Below are positions 11,373 to 23,468 of a stretch of 64,000 nucleotides of DNA, one piece after another; positions within the stretch are counted from its first letter, which is position 1; each line of letters opens with the position of its first letter. Both the position numbers and the translations under genes were made by a program. The notes beneath the pieces are model-generated. The model ran no database searches, had not been told where the DNA came from, and was given only the letters and a program-made list of their open reading frames with translations. The DNA is from Gammaproteobacteria bacterium (GTDB lineage: Bacteria; Pseudomonadota; Gammaproteobacteria; UBA4575): the NCBI GenBank assembly GCA_965222615.1, contig CBDCUI010000007.1:608001-672000 (forward strand), written 5' to 3'.

Positions 11373-11843
11373 TTAAATTTGTGTTGCCAAGTCATTTAAA
11401 ATATTTTGATGCGAGCTAGCATCGATTTCTTTTTTCAAAATTCGTTCGGCACCTGCTACGGCAATTGCCGAAACTTGTGTGCGCAACGTCTCCTTAGCAC
11501 GGTTCACTTCTTTCTCTACCTCGGCGTGTGCTGCTTCTTTAATGCGATTGCCTTCTTCAACCGCTACTGATTTTGCATCTTCAACGATTTCATTCGCACG
11601 TCTTTGTGCTTGGTTTAAAATATCAGACGCCTGTTGTTTGGCTTCAGTTAATTTTTTCTGCGCATTTTGTTCGGCCAGTTCTTGTTGTTTAAAGCCACGT
11701 TCAGCTTCAGCCAACCCATCGGCAATCTTCTTTTTGCGTTCATTAAGTGCTGCCATAATCGGTGGCCATACAAATTTCATGCAAAACCAAACAAATACAA
11801 TAAATGCGATGGTCTGCCCGAATAGAGTAAGATTAATATTCAT
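11373..11843 (-). CDS. atpF: ATP synthase F0 subunit b
   Basis: MNINLTLFGQ, FCMKFVWPP, coiled coil. Confidence 0.98.
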   Translation of the reverse strand: MNINLTLFGQTIAFIVFVWFCMKFVWPPIMAALNERKKKIADGLAEAERGFKQQELAEQNAQKKLTEAKQQASDILNQAQRRANEIVEDAKSVAVEEGNRIKEAAHAEVEKEVNRAKETLRTQVSAIAVAGAERILKKEIDASSHQNILNDLATQI

Positions 11844-11884
11844 ACGTTTACCTTAGTAATCCTGTTGTATAAAGCAGAAGTGCT

Positions 11885-12142
<258 letters not shown>

Positions 12143-12165
12143 TTACAAAATACTTTAAAAAACGA

Positions 12166-13038
<873 letters not shown>

Positions 13039-13437
13039 TCAGTGAGACTGTTTAATTATTGGGTTGCTAGACGTAATCAATGGAACGGCCCACATACACG
13101 ATTGTACGATGAGGTACGTTACCAATAATGTTACCGGATGGACTTCCTTATACTTTATAAATACTACTGCAAACAACGCAACGGTTACCACTATCTTGAT
13201 AATCTCCGCTGCATAAATAGACCCGACTAAACTATACGGCTCTGCATTGCGGCGCTTTGTAAAAACCTGTTGCGCAAAATATAAATTCGGTAGTACACAA
13301 ACTAGCCCGCCTATCAATGCAGACAATGCCAGCTCACGCTTTACTAAAAAAAGAATACTCGCTACACAAAGCGTGACTAGACACTGCGCAATGAGTATGC
13401 GATTTACATACGAAGGTATTGTTAACTTACGAACCAA
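13039..13437 (-). CDS. atpI: ATP synthase protein I
   Basis: Four-TM protein directly upstream of atpB; SALIGG..VLPN.YFA and YAAEIIK; TTG start. Confidence 0.85.
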   Translation of the reverse strand: MVRKLTIPSYVNRILIAQCLVTLCVASILFLVKRELALSALIGGLVCVLPNLYFAQQVFTKRRNAEPYSLVGSIYAAEIIKIVVTVALFAVVFIKYKEVHPVTLLVTYLIVQSCMWAVPLITSSNPIIKQSH

Positions 13438-13447
13438 TTTTAATTTT

Positions 13448-13492
13448 TTATGCGGCTCGGGTCTTCAGCCAGATCTTCGCTGAAACGACCAT
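13448..13492 (-). CDS. Putative 14-aa upstream ORF MVVSAKIWLKTRAA
   Basis: AAAGGGAG SD-like sequence before ATG; stop lies 10 nt upstream of the atpI TTG. Confidence 0.35.
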   Translation of the reverse strand: MVVSAKIWLKTRAA

Positions 13493-13553
13493 GAATACGC
13501 TCTCCCTTTCTTGCCCGCGCTTGGCTTAATCATCATCTATCGCTGACGCGCGC

Positions 13554-13582
13554 AGTATAGAATTTAGGTGCTGAAATCTCAA
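13554..13582 (-). promoter_or_regulatory. Sigma70 promoter of the atp operon
   Basis: TTGAGA-17 bp-TATACT followed by GC-rich discriminator GCGCGCG. Confidence 0.75.
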
Positions 13583-13626
13583 TAGAATTAAACGCTGATT
13601 TGCACTTGTGTAAAAGCAAATTCTAA

Positions 13627-14511
13627 TTATTTAGTACTACCTAATAATCTCTCCACGATACCCTCAAATTCATCGAGGTTGGCATAGCGGATTTGCAAGC
13701 GGCCACTGCCAGTTTGGCTATGCTGAATTGTAATGTTGGCACCAAGCTGATCCGATAATTTTTGTTGCATCCGCTCGATGTCTGGGTCTTGATGACGGCT
13801 GGATCGTTTAGGCTTCGTGCCTTTTTGTTGTGTTTGCTTTACTAAAGCCTCCGTAGCACGCACCGAAAGTTGTCTTCGCAAGATGGCCTGAGCACAAGTT
13901 ATTTGTTGTGTTACGGTTAAGCCAAGCAGGGCTCGTGCATGGCCCATTTCGATTTGTCCTTGATGTAACATCTCTTTAACGGGTTCAGCCAAAGACAATA
14001 AACGTAAACTGTTGCTGACCGCAGCTCGCGAGCGCCCGACGATTTCACCTACTTCTTGATGGGTTAAGGTGAAGTTGTCGACTAGATTTGCAAATGCCTG
14101 AGCTTCTTCTAGCGGATTGAGATCCTCACGTTGTAAATTTTCGATCAAGGCAATCGCTGCAGCTTCTTGATCATTGACAGACTTGATTACTGCAGGAATG
14201 TTCTGTAATCCTGCTTGCTGCGCAGCACGCCAACGGCGTTCGCCAGCGATAAGTTCATAGCCACTATTCACTTTGCGCACTACTATCGGTTGTACCACGC
14301 CCTGCTGGCGTATCGATTCTGCCAGCGCTTCTAGTGCACCAGGTTCCATGACCTGCCGTGGTTGATAAGGGCTTTGGCGAATTACTTCTATCGGTAGTTG
14401 CTGCAAAGACTTTTCCGTGGTGGTGGGACTAACAACCGTGTGCTCGTGATCGGCTGCACTAAGTAAAACATCAACTCCCAATGCTCCTAACCCACGTTTT
14501 TTCTTTGACAT
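13627..14511 (-). CDS. parB: Chromosome partitioning protein ParB
   Basis: PYQPR, YELIAGERRWRA, ALIENLQREDLNPLEEA. Confidence 0.98.
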   Translation of the reverse strand: MSKKKRGLGALGVDVLLSAADHEHTVVSPTTTEKSLQQLPIEVIRQSPYQPRQVMEPGALEALAESIRQQGVVQPIVVRKVNSGYELIAGERRWRAAQQAGLQNIPAVIKSVNDQEAAAIALIENLQREDLNPLEEAQAFANLVDNFTLTHQEVGEIVGRSRAAVSNSLRLLSLAEPVKEMLHQGQIEMGHARALLGLTVTQQITCAQAILRRQLSVRATEALVKQTQQKGTKPKRSSRHQDPDIERMQQKLSDQLGANITIQHSQTGSGRLQIRYANLDEFEGIVERLLGSTK

Positions 14512-14531
14512 AGTAATAAATCTAGTTTGAA

Positions 14532-15335
14532 TTAATTTACATTTGCTTGCACAGGTTTTTGCCTCATCTGATTTTTATCACGTCTTAATATTTCTCCAGC
14601 TAAGGCTAGATAGGCCAACGCACCACGAGATCGTTTGTCATATAGTAACACCGGTAGTCCATGGCTGGGTGCTTCTGCCAAGGTTACATTGCGAGGAATA
14701 ATCGTACGGTACACTGCATCACCAAAATGCGTAGTAAGCTGTGCCGAGACATCGTTGGCAAGATTGTTACGCGGGTCAAACATCGTACGGAGTAGGCCAT
14801 CTATGGTTAATTCGGGATTCGCCGTCATACGTATACGTTCGATGGTTTGCGTTAATGCCGACAAACCCTCTAAGGCATAGTACTCACATTGTGTTGGAAT
14901 AATGACGCTACTAGCAGCTACCAGACCGTTAACCGTTAACATATTTAGCGAAGGTGGGCTGTCTATAAATATATAATCATAGTTTGCGCTGATCTCTTGT
15001 AAGGCCTTGCGTAATTTAAATTCGCGTCCGTTTATTTCAAGCAATTTCACTTCGGCAACCGTAAGATGCTCGTTGCCAGGCATTAAGTCATATCCAGCTT
15101 TCGTTGCATAGACAATGCATTCACTTGCCGGTAATTCATTTAACAACACATGTGCCGTCGTTTTTTCGGCCGTGCGTTTGTCTATACCCGAACCCATAGT
15201 GGCATTCCCTTGTGGGTCTAAATCTACCAACAGGACATTGCGCTTAGTCGCTGCCATAGAGGCGGCTAAATTAACGGTAGTGGTGGTTTTTCCTACCCCA
15301 CCTTTTTGGTTAGTAACGGAAATAGTCTTAGTCAT
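14532..15335 (-). CDS. parA: Chromosome partitioning ATPase ParA/Soj
   Basis: NQKGGVGKTTT, DLDPQGNAT, QCEYYALEG. Confidence 0.98.
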   Translation of the reverse strand: MTKTISVTNQKGGVGKTTTTVNLAASMAATKRNVLLVDLDPQGNATMGSGIDKRTAEKTTAHVLLNELPASECIVYATKAGYDLMPGNEHLTVAEVKLLEINGREFKLRKALQEISANYDYIFIDSPPSLNMLTVNGLVAASSVIIPTQCEYYALEGLSALTQTIERIRMTANPELTIDGLLRTMFDPRNNLANDVSAQLTTHFGDAVYRTIIPRNVTLAEAPSHGLPVLLYDKRSRGALAYLALAGEILRRDKNQMRQKPVQANVN

Positions 15336-15948
15336 TAACTTTTTTTACCACTGCAACATGTCGGCTAACTTGCAGCTGTGATAATTGTACTGGGTATACA
15401 TTGATCAACTCTACACTAGTAGGTAAATCAGTGAGTGTTGTTTGCTTACCAAGCATTAAAACAAATTGTCCATGCGTAGTTAGATGTTTTGTTGTTTCAA
15501 AAAATTTGCTGCTTGCTGCATAGGCTCTGCTAACTACCGTATCAAACTCATGCGATGGCGCATACTGTTCCACTCGTCGATGGAGTACTTGAACGTTTTT
15601 TAGCCCAATCTCAATGATACTTTGCTGAATAAAACGCGTCTTTTTAATGTTGGCATCAATCAATACGAATTGTTTATCTTGGCACATAATAGCCAAGGGG
15701 ATACCCGGTAAGCCTGCTCCACTGCCAACATCGATAATTCTACTGCCAGCTAGATACGGTACGACAGAAATACTGTCTAAAATGTGTTTATTTACAATTT
15801 CCTGCGTAGTTTCAATCGCCGTGAGGTTATAGGTTTTATTCCATTTTTGCAGTAATGTTACAAATTGCGCTAATGCGTCTATTTGCACTGGAGTAATATT
15901 TGCATCAAGTTGCCTCACTTTGCTTTGCAGCAATTGCGAGTCATTCAT
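15328..15948 (-). CDS. rsmG: 16S rRNA m7G527 methyltransferase
   Basis: WNKTYNLTA, DVGSGAGLPGIPLA, VSRA. Confidence 0.97.
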   Translation of the reverse strand: MNDSQLLQSKVRQLDANITPVQIDALAQFVTLLQKWNKTYNLTAIETTQEIVNKHILDSISVVPYLAGSRIIDVGSGAGLPGIPLAIMCQDKQFVLIDANIKKTRFIQQSIIEIGLKNVQVLHRRVEQYAPSHEFDTVVSRAYAASSKFFETTKHLTTHGQFVLMLGKQTTLTDLPTSVELINVYPVQLSQLQVSRHVAVVKKVND

Positions 15949-15982
15949 AAGCTTTACTACTAAGCCAATAGTTTTCTAGATG

Positions 15983-17875
15983 TTATGCACTTTGTTTAGA
16001 AAATTTATCTGCTTTCAAGTGCACAAGTAACAAAGAAATTGCCGAAGGCGTGATCCCCGATATTCTAGCGGCTTGTCCTAGCGTTATCGGTCTTATCTGT
16101 AATAGTTTTTGTTTGGCTTCATTGGATAAGCCCGTTACAGCTGAATAATCTAAATCCTGTGGCAAGAGCAAATTTTCTTGTTGTGCCAAACGTTGAATTT
16201 GAGCATTTTGGCGATCGATGTAACCAGCATACTTTGCCTGTATTTCAATTTGTTCTGCAACCATCATTGGTACCTCGTCCATTTTATGTGGTGCTAATTG
16301 TTGTAGATTTTTTATCGTCACTTCAGGCCGGCGTAGTAGTTCATATATACTACGCTCACGTTTAAGTTCCGTTCCCAAAATTTCTTTACAGGATTTAGCA
16401 TTAATATCTTCGGGTTGAATGTAGGTGCTTTGTAATTTCTTTGTGTATCGATCAACCGCTTCACGTTTTTTGACAAATGCTTGCCACTGTTTATCCGGCA
16501 AACAACCCAATTTATGTGCCGTTTCGCTTAAACGTAAATCTGCATTGTCCTGACGTAGTAGCAAACGATATTCTGCACGGCTGGTAAACATTCGATACGG
16601 TTCTAGGGTGCCACGCGTGACTAAATCATCGATCATTACACCTATGTAAGCATCGCTACGTTGCACAATCCATGGCGACTTTTGCTGTATCTGTCTGGCG
16701 GCATTAATCCCGGCAACCAATCCTTGTGCAGCAGCTTCTTCATAACCTGTCGTGCCGTTAATTTGGCCTGCAAAAAACAAACCACGAATGGCTTTGGTTT
16801 CCAAGCTCGGTTGTAAATCTCTGGGATCAAAATAATCATATTCGATGGCATAACCAGGACGGGTAATATGCGCGTTTGCAAAGCCTTTGATTGAACGCAC
16901 AAATTTACACTGGGTTGCATACGGTAAACTGGTAGAAATCCCATTTGGATACACTTCACGGGTTTGCAAACCTTCCGGTTCGATAAAGATTTGGTGTTGT
17001 TGACGTTCCGCAAAACGTGTGACTTTATCTTCTATCGAAGGGCAATAACGAGGGCCCGTGCTTTCGATATTGCCGTTATACATTGGTGATAAATACAGAT
17101 CATCTCGAATGATTTCGTGGGTTTGCGAATTCGTGTAAGTTATATGACAGTTCACTTGTCGCGGATGGTGATCAACACTTCCCATCAATGAAAACACTGG
17201 TGTGGGGATATCGCCAGGTTGTATCGCTGTTTGGCAATAGTCGATGCTGCGTCCGTCTATACGTGGTGGCGTCCCAGTTTTCAAGCGCCCTACACGAAAC
17301 GGCAAATCTCGCAATCGTAGTGCTAGTGTGTTTGCCGGCGGATCACCGGCACGCCCCGCGGCATAATTGATATCGCCGACATGAATCTTGCCGCCCAAGA
17401 AAGTTCCTGTGGTTAGTACTACTGTGGGTGCAAAAAACTTGAGCCCGCTGTGCGTAAGCACACCGCGAATATCTTGCTGCGTGATAATTAAATCATCAAC
17501 TGCTTGCTGAAAGACTTTAAGATTCGCTTGACTTTCCACTTGGGAACGAATTGCTGCTTTATATAAAGTACGATCGGCCTGCGCACGTGTGGCGCGCACT
17601 GCTGGACCTTTACGTGAATTTAAAATACGAAATTGAATCCCAGCGTGATCGGCTGCCAGAGCCATGGCTCCACCCATAGCATCGATTTCTTTGACCAAAT
17701 GACTCTTTCCAATGCCGCCTATGGCAGGGTTACAGCTCATTTGGCCGATGGTTTCGATGTTATGCGTAATCAATAGGGTGTCACAGCCCATACGTGCAGC
17801 CACCAATGCGGCTTCGGTTCCGGCATGACCGCCGCCGATTACGATTACATCAAATTGTTGTTCAGCCTTTTTCAT
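15983..17875 (-). CDS. mnmG: tRNA modification enzyme MnmG (GidA)
   Basis: [30 protein letters not shown]. Confidence 0.99.
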   Translation of the reverse strand: MKKAEQQFDVIVIGGGHAGTEAALVAARMGCDTLLITHNIETIGQMSCNPAIGGIGKSHLVKEIDAMGGAMALAADHAGIQFRILNSRKGPAVRATRAQADRTLYKAAIRSQVESQANLKVFQQAVDDLIITQQDIRGVLTHSGLKFFAPTVVLTTGTFLGGKIHVGDINYAAGRAGDPPANTLALRLRDLPFRVGRLKTGTPPRIDGRSIDYCQTAIQPGDIPTPVFSLMGSVDHHPRQVNCHITYTNSQTHEIIRDDLYLSPMYNGNIESTGPRYCPSIEDKVTRFAERQQHQIFIEPEGLQTREVYPNGISTSLPYATQCKFVRSIKGFANAHITRPGYAIEYDYFDPRDLQPSLETKAIRGLFFAGQINGTTGYEEAAAQGLVAGINAARQIQQKSPWIVQRSDAYIGVMIDDLVTRGTLEPYRMFTSRAEYRLLLRQDNADLRLSETAHKLGCLPDKQWQAFVKKREAVDRYTKKLQSTYIQPEDINAKSCKEILGTELKRERSIYELLRRPEVTIKNLQQLAPHKMDEVPMMVAEQIEIQAKYAGYIDRQNAQIQRLAQQENLLLPQDLDYSAVTGLSNEAKQKLLQIRPITLGQAARISGITPSAISLLLVHLKADKFSKQSA

Positions 17876-17929
17876 AGGTAAATGTCATTGTACTCACTGA
17901 CTGACAATAGCTCGACTATTTTCCCTAGT

Positions 17930-19261
17930 CTATTTACCAATACAAAATTCACTAAAAATTTTACCCAGTAGCTCATCAGAGGTGAATTCACCTGTGACTT
18001 CCCCTAAACAATCTTGGGTAATACGCAAATCTTCTGCCACCAGTTCTAAATTAGAAGCTTGCTTGAATTGATTCAGCGCTTGTTGTGCATGCTTTTGAGC
18101 CCGCTGAAGTGCGATCAAATGACGCCGTCTAGCTAAAAAGGGCGTATCACCTAGCTCACTTTGGTTAAAACGCTTAGCGATGACATCGATTAAGTTTGTT
18201 AAACCTTGGCCGGTTTTTACTGAAATATATAGCTCATTCAAATTTGCGCTTACTTGCCTAGCAATTAAATCGATTTTGTTATGTACGTGAACAGTTTTAT
18301 GCTCATCGATATCTTGTGGGAGCTGTTGTTCTGGTTGAGATACATCAGTTACCCATAAAATTAGATCTGCCTGGGATAATGCTTGTTGCGCTCGTTCGAT
18401 TCCTAGTACTTCAATCGTATCTTTTGTTTCGCGCAACCCCGCAGTGTCGATTAAGCGAACCGGCAAACCTTTAATGTCAATGTCTACCATAAGTGGATCG
18501 CGAGTTGTGCCTGGAATCTCTGTGACAATGGCTATTTCACTTTGTGCCAAGGCATTCATTAAACTCGACTTACCTGCATTGGGTCTACCAGCGATAGCAA
18601 TGGTTGCGCCGGTTTGTAATTTTTCACCGTGTTGCGCTTGTTGCAGCAATTGAGTTAATTCCGCATGGAGATGAACAAGCTTAGCTTCCAGTTCTCTACC
18701 TTGTTGGGTATCGATCTCCTCATCTGGAAAGTCTAAATACGCTTCTATATTAGTTCGAATTTCGATAAGTGCTGCTAAAATTTTTTGCACACGTTTTGAA
18801 AACTCGCCTTGCAATGATCGTGTAGCAGTACGCACCCCACATTCGGTCGTACTACTGATTAGATCTGCGATGGCTTCAGCTTGAGCCAAATCAATTTTGT
18901 TATTTAAAAATGCACGTTGACTGAACTCGCCTGGTGTTGCCAACCGTGCACCATGTTTACATAGTGTGTCGAGTAATAATTCCGCGATCATCGGATTACC
19001 GTGACACTGAAATTCGACAACATCTTCGCCAGTGTAAGATGCCGGCTGCTGAAAATAGATGGCTACGCCCTCATCAATTACTTCATTGTCTTGATCAAAA
19101 AATTTTGTATACGTGGCCTGCCGTTTTTCTAGTTTTCTGTGTGTAACTTTATGCGCGATATCAGCCACCCCTAACCCAGATAGACGCACAATCGCTAAGG
19201 CGGCGCGCCCACTAGCCGTTGCCAGTGCACAAATTGGTTCTGCTTGTGGTTTTTCGGGCAT
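17930..19261 (-). CDS. mnmE: tRNA modification GTPase MnmE
   Basis: GRPNAGKSS, GTTRD, DTAG, C-terminal FCIGK. Confidence 0.99.
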   Translation of the reverse strand: MPEKPQAEPICALATASGRAALAIVRLSGLGVADIAHKVTHRKLEKRQATYTKFFDQDNEVIDEGVAIYFQQPASYTGEDVVEFQCHGNPMIAELLLDTLCKHGARLATPGEFSQRAFLNNKIDLAQAEAIADLISSTTECGVRTATRSLQGEFSKRVQKILAALIEIRTNIEAYLDFPDEEIDTQQGRELEAKLVHLHAELTQLLQQAQHGEKLQTGATIAIAGRPNAGKSSLMNALAQSEIAIVTEIPGTTRDPLMVDIDIKGLPVRLIDTAGLRETKDTIEVLGIERAQQALSQADLILWVTDVSQPEQQLPQDIDEHKTVHVHNKIDLIARQVSANLNELYISVKTGQGLTNLIDVIAKRFNQSELGDTPFLARRRHLIALQRAQKHAQQALNQFKQASNLELVAEDLRITQDCLGEVTGEFTSDELLGKIFSEFCIGK

Positions 19262-19308
19262 GTAAACGCCCCTTTGTAAAATATTTACCGGGCAAAAATT
19301 ATCATGGT

Positions 19309-21009
19309 TTAGTAATCCGCTTTTTCAATGCGTTTCGTGATTACATATTGTTGCGCGATGGATAAAATATTATTCATTAACCAATACAGTACTAGCCCGG
19401 CGGGGAAAAACGCCATAAAGGCTGTCATCATAATCGGCATCATGGCAAATACTTTGGCTTGCATCGGATCTGGAGGAGTAGGGTTCAATTTAAATTGAAT
19501 GAACATGCTTATCCCCATCAATAAAGGCAATACAAAAATTGGATCACGAATAGACAAGTCTTGAATCCAAAATAAGAATGGAGCTTGGCGTAGTTCTACG
19601 CTTTCAACCAGCACCCAGTATAGCGCCAGAAATACTGGCATTTGTACCAGAATAGGCAAACATCCGCCTAGCGGGTTTATTTTCTCCTTCTTGTACATTT
19701 CCATCACGGCCTGATTTAACTTTGCCTTATCATCTGCGTAACGCTCGCGTAGCGCTTTAAATCTAGGCTGGATTTTGCGCATACGTGCCATAGACTTATA
19801 ACTTGCTTCGGATAGTTTATAAAACAGTAATTTGATTACCACCGTGACTAAGATAATAGCCACACCCCAATTACCAGCCAGTTTATGAAACCACTCTAAC
19901 AACCAAAATAGTGGTTTAGACAATATTGAAAACATACCGTAGTCAACGCTCAAGTCTAATCCTTTTGCAATTTGCTCCATTTCATGTTGCAGTTTTGGCC
20001 CTGCATAAAGACGGCGTTTAAATTCAGCACTACTGTTTGATTGTATGGTCTTGGCTTGCGATAACATACCGATTAAATATTGATACTCGCCCGGTGCTTT
20101 CACCTTTTTACTGTAAAATTTATTTTCTTCTTCGGCACTTGGAACCCATGCAGACACGAAATAATGCTGCAACATAGCGACCCAACCACCTGTCACATCT
20201 TGGCTAATTGGATCTTCTTCCACATCATCAAAAGAATGTTTGTGATAAGCGCCATCGAAATACGCTGTCCCCGTATAGGTTGGCAGGCGTAACCAACCAC
20301 GATCTTTAGAAATAGGACTATGTCTTAATTGTTGATATTGTCTTCCTATCCAAGGGGATGTACCACGGTTAAAAACTTTATGGGTGACATCAAATACAAA
20401 AGAATTGCGATAGAAAGTATATATTTTTTCAACACTAATATTATTATCACCCGACCATTTAAGCGTTACCTCCAAACGATCTTTACCATCTACTAATTTA
20501 TACTGTGTTTGTTCCGCTGTATAGATTTCATGGTGTGTTGGCGCAACATTGCCTGCTACCGCTACACCATCGATTTTGTCATGACGCAATCCAGATTGTG
20601 CGATATAAATTTGATTATCATTGTGCAATAAACGAAATGGTTGATCCTGTTGTTGTAGTGAAACAGGGTAAGTCGGCAAATCTAGCTGACGTATATCTCC
20701 ACCTCGGGTATCGATTGTCACATCCAATACATCTGTTTTAACACTTATTTGTTGGCTTCTAACTAATGGTTTTTCTTCTTCCGTTACATCAGCTGAGGAA
20801 GTGTCTTGGCTGTTATTCGTGCTATTCGATTCTTCCGGTAAATCTTCCATACTTTGAGCAAATTCTTCACCGTTTACATTGCTTTGTTCTGTATTTGGCT
20901 GAGCTACCGGTGGTGGAGCATGCTCTTGCTGCCAAGTAAGCCAAATCATATACAGCAAAAAAGCCAGCGCGATATACAAAAAATATCTTTGATTATCCAT
21001 GAAGGTCAC
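19309..21009 (-). CDS. yidC: Membrane protein insertase YidC
   Basis: QHYFVSAW, NPLGGCLPILVQMP, GLVLYW; start may be MDNQR at 21000. Confidence 0.98.
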   Translation of the reverse strand: MTFMDNQRYFLYIALAFLLYMIWLTWQQEHAPPPVAQPNTEQSNVNGEEFAQSMEDLPEESNSTNNSQDTSSADVTEEEKPLVRSQQISVKTDVLDVTIDTRGGDIRQLDLPTYPVSLQQQDQPFRLLHNDNQIYIAQSGLRHDKIDGVAVAGNVAPTHHEIYTAEQTQYKLVDGKDRLEVTLKWSGDNNISVEKIYTFYRNSFVFDVTHKVFNRGTSPWIGRQYQQLRHSPISKDRGWLRLPTYTGTAYFDGAYHKHSFDDVEEDPISQDVTGGWVAMLQHYFVSAWVPSAEEENKFYSKKVKAPGEYQYLIGMLSQAKTIQSNSSAEFKRRLYAGPKLQHEMEQIAKGLDLSVDYGMFSILSKPLFWLLEWFHKLAGNWGVAIILVTVVIKLLFYKLSEASYKSMARMRKIQPRFKALRERYADDKAKLNQAVMEMYKKEKINPLGGCLPILVQMPVFLALYWVLVESVELRQAPFLFWIQDLSIRDPIFVLPLLMGISMFIQFKLNPTPPDPMQAKVFAMMPIMMTAFMAFFPAGLVLYWLMNNILSIAQQYVITKRIEKADY

Positions 21010-21235
21010 TTTTACCAGGTACAGGATCCATTCCTCCTTGATGCCAAGGGTGACAAGATGAAATTCGTTTGACTGCTAACCAACCACCTCGCACTGCACC
21101 ATGTTGTTGCAGAGCGTCAATAGCATAAGACGAACAAGTGGGATGAAAACGACAATGATTCCCAAGCCATGGGCTTACTACAAAGCGGTAGACTTTGATA
21201 AATGCGATAATTAACTTACAAATAAAGGCATTCAT
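20993..21235 (-). CDS. yidD: Membrane protein insertion efficiency factor YidD
   Basis: CRFHPTCSSYA, CHPW..GG.DPVP. Confidence 0.97.
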   Translation of the reverse strand: MNAFICKLIIAFIKVYRFVVSPWLGNHCRFHPTCSSYAIDALQQHGAVRGGWLAVKRISSCHPWHQGGMDPVPGKSDLHG

Positions 21236-21585
21236 GATGCAACGTTTTCATTCCAGTATTTCATTAATTGCTGTCTCATTTTCTCACGCTGCACTTTCCC
21301 AATTGGCCGTTTTAAAATCACAATAAAATCACAGGCTGGTAATTGTGCTTTATTTAATCGAAAACTTTCCCGAATAATTCTTCTAATCAAATTTCGATCC
21401 ACTGAACGTTTCGCATTCCGTTTGGCAACAACAATTCCTAAACGTGGATAACCAATAGTATTTTCTCTAGATAAAACGATAAAGGAATCACTACTTGATT
21501 TTTTGGCCTGCTCAAAGACTCGTTGAAACTGGCTTGCTGTCCGCAGCCTTTCTAGATTAGTAAACGAAAAATCGCCTACAGACAA
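21232..21585 (-). CDS. rnpA: Ribonuclease P protein component
   Basis: RLGIVVAKR, VDRNLIRRIIRESFR (RNR-like motif). Confidence 0.95.
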   Translation of the reverse strand: MSVGDFSFTNLERLRTASQFQRVFEQAKKSSSDSFIVLSRENTIGYPRLGIVVAKRNAKRSVDRNLIRRIIRESFRLNKAQLPACDFIVILKRPIGKVQREKMRQQLMKYWNENVAS

Positions 21586-21591
21586 TTGTTG

Positions 21592-21726
21592 TTACGGGCA
21601 TAAACGTGCACGACCTCGCGCACGTCGAGCATTGATTATTGCGCGGCCACTTTTTGTTTTCATCCTAGCTCTAAATCCATGAGTACGTGCGCGTTTTAGA
21701 TTACTAGGCTGGTATGTACGTTTCAT
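21592..21726 (-). CDS. rpmH: 50S ribosomal protein L34 (not in the ORF track)
   Basis: Manual translation: [44 protein letters not shown]. Confidence 0.98.
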   Translation of the reverse strand: MKRTYQPSNLKRARTHGFRARMKTKSGRAIINARRARGRARLCP

Positions 21727-21801
21727 GTTATTCCAATTTTATAACTTTTTAATTATTACTAACTTTTAAAGGCTTAGGAAAAAGATTTAATAAGGTGCGC
21801 A

Positions 21802-21830
21802 AAAATAATCGCGCTACTTACATTTGTCAA
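21802..21830 (-). promoter_or_regulatory. Putative rpmH promoter
   Basis: TTGACA-17 bp-TATTTT then GC-rich TGCGCACC. Confidence 0.55.
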
Positions 21831-21854
21831 CGACTATTGTCGAATATTAAACAG

Positions 21855-21883
21855 TAGATAACAATCCCAATACTGGATAGACT
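21855..21883 (+). promoter_or_regulatory. Putative dnaA promoter
   Basis: TAGATA-17 bp-TAGACT; degenerate DnaA box AGTAGATAA overlaps the -35. Confidence 0.4.
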
Positions 21884-21929
21884 GATCAACCCCCATATTA
21901 AACATTACAACTATACTGGAGTCTCACGC

Positions 21930-23270
21930 ATGACAAGCGTTCTTTGGAAATCATGTGTACATCAACTTGAATCTGAACTTACCGAACAACAGCTTAATAC
22001 ATGGATCCGTCCTTTACACGCCATTGAGCAAAATGGTGAAGTAACCTTATTAGCGCCAAATCGCTTTGTCTTAGATTGGGTACATGAGCATTTCCTTAAG
22101 CGCATTGATGAATTAATTCATAGCAACAATAAAACTAGTAAACACCATGTAGTGCTAGAAATCGGTAGTAACGAAAACACCATCTTAGCTTCTAACATAC
22201 AAGGCTCTTCAGTAAATAAGGAGCTAGCAGCGGCCAAGCTGCAACAATATACACATAACCTCAATCCAAACTTTACCTTTGATACATTCGTTGAAGGCAA
22301 ATCGAACCAGTTGCCTAAAGCCGCTGCTTTACAAGTTGCCAATCACCCTGGTGAGGCCTACAACCCTTTGCTCATCTACGGAGGCGTAGGGTTAGGTAAA
22401 ACACACTTATTACATGCCATTGGTAATCAAATGTTAGTCAATGATCCCTCTGTGAAAATTGTCTATTTACACTCTGAGCGATTTGTTGCAGATATGGTCA
22501 AGGCCTTACAACATAACGCCATTAGTGAATTTAAACGTTATTATCGTTCCGTAGATGCTTTACTTATCGACGACATTCAGTTCTTCGCAGGTAAAGAACG
22601 TTCTCAAGAGGAATTCTTCCACACTTTCAACACCTTATTGGAAGGTCAACGGCAAGTGATTCTAACCTGTGACCGTTATCCTAAAGAAGTAGAGGGTTTA
22701 GAGGAGCGACTTAAGTCTCGTTTTGGGTGGGGACTGACACAAGCGATTGAACCGCCTGAATTGGAAACTCGTGTCGCAATCATGCAACGTAAAGCTGAAT
22801 TATTACAGGTCACGCTTCCTAGTGAGGTGGCTTTTTTCATTGGCAAACGTATCCGATCTAACATCCGTGAACTCGAAGGTGCTTTGCGTAGAGTAATTGC
22901 TAATGCACAATTTACGGGATCCGAAATCACCCTCGATTTTGCTAAAGATGCTCTACATGATTTACTAGCATTACAAGACAAGCTCGTCACGATTGATAAT
23001 ATTCAAAAGACTGTCGCTGAATACTATAAAATACGTGTTTCTGATCTGCTTTCAGCACGACGTAGCCGCTCTATTACTCGACCTAGACAGATGGCGATGT
23101 CATTAGCTAAAGAATTAACCAACCATAGTCTACCTGAGATCGGCGATGCATTTGGTGGACGTGACCATACCACGGTGTTACATGCCTGCAGAAAAATGGC
23201 CAGCTTACGTGAAAGTGATACACGACTTAATGACGACTACATTAATCTATTACGTAGCTTAAGTAGTTAA
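21930..23270 (+). CDS. dnaA: Chromosomal replication initiator DnaA
   Basis: [29 protein letters not shown]. Confidence 0.99.
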   Translation: MTSVLWKSCVHQLESELTEQQLNTWIRPLHAIEQNGEVTLLAPNRFVLDWVHEHFLKRIDELIHSNNKTSKHHVVLEIGSNENTILASNIQGSSVNKELAAAKLQQYTHNLNPNFTFDTFVEGKSNQLPKAAALQVANHPGEAYNPLLIYGGVGLGKTHLLHAIGNQMLVNDPSVKIVYLHSERFVADMVKALQHNAISEFKRYYRSVDALLIDDIQFFAGKERSQEEFFHTFNTLLEGQRQVILTCDRYPKEVEGLEERLKSRFGWGLTQAIEPPELETRVAIMQRKAELLQVTLPSEVAFFIGKRIRSNIRELEGALRRVIANAQFTGSEITLDFAKDALHDLLALQDKLVTIDNIQKTVAEYYKIRVSDLLSARRSRSITRPRQMAMSLAKELTNHSLPEIGDAFGGRDHTTVLHACRKMASLRESDTRLNDDYINLLRSLSS

Positions 23271-23468
23271 TTGCCTGTGAATAAAAGGTGATATAGTTTA
23301 CTAGGATGGTAACAATCCACAGTTATACCAAATCACAGTGATGTAGTAGGTCTAAAATACACTTGTTACTCTTTTAATTTTTTAGATTAACTTATTAATT
23401 ACAAAAGTATTATTAGTGTTATCCACAGAAAAAATCGCTCTTAATAACAACAACTAAATATAACTAAT
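23271..23468. other. Putative oriC in the dnaA-dnaN spacer
   Basis: DnaA boxes TGTGAATAA (23276-23284) and TTATCCACA (23419-23427), degenerate CAATCCACA and TTATACCAA (23313-23331), very AT-rich tracts. Confidence 0.75.

Noticed and set aside
17876-17929. E. coli-type oriC upstream of mnmG
   Set aside because: Spacer is only 54 bp with no DnaA boxes or GATC cluster
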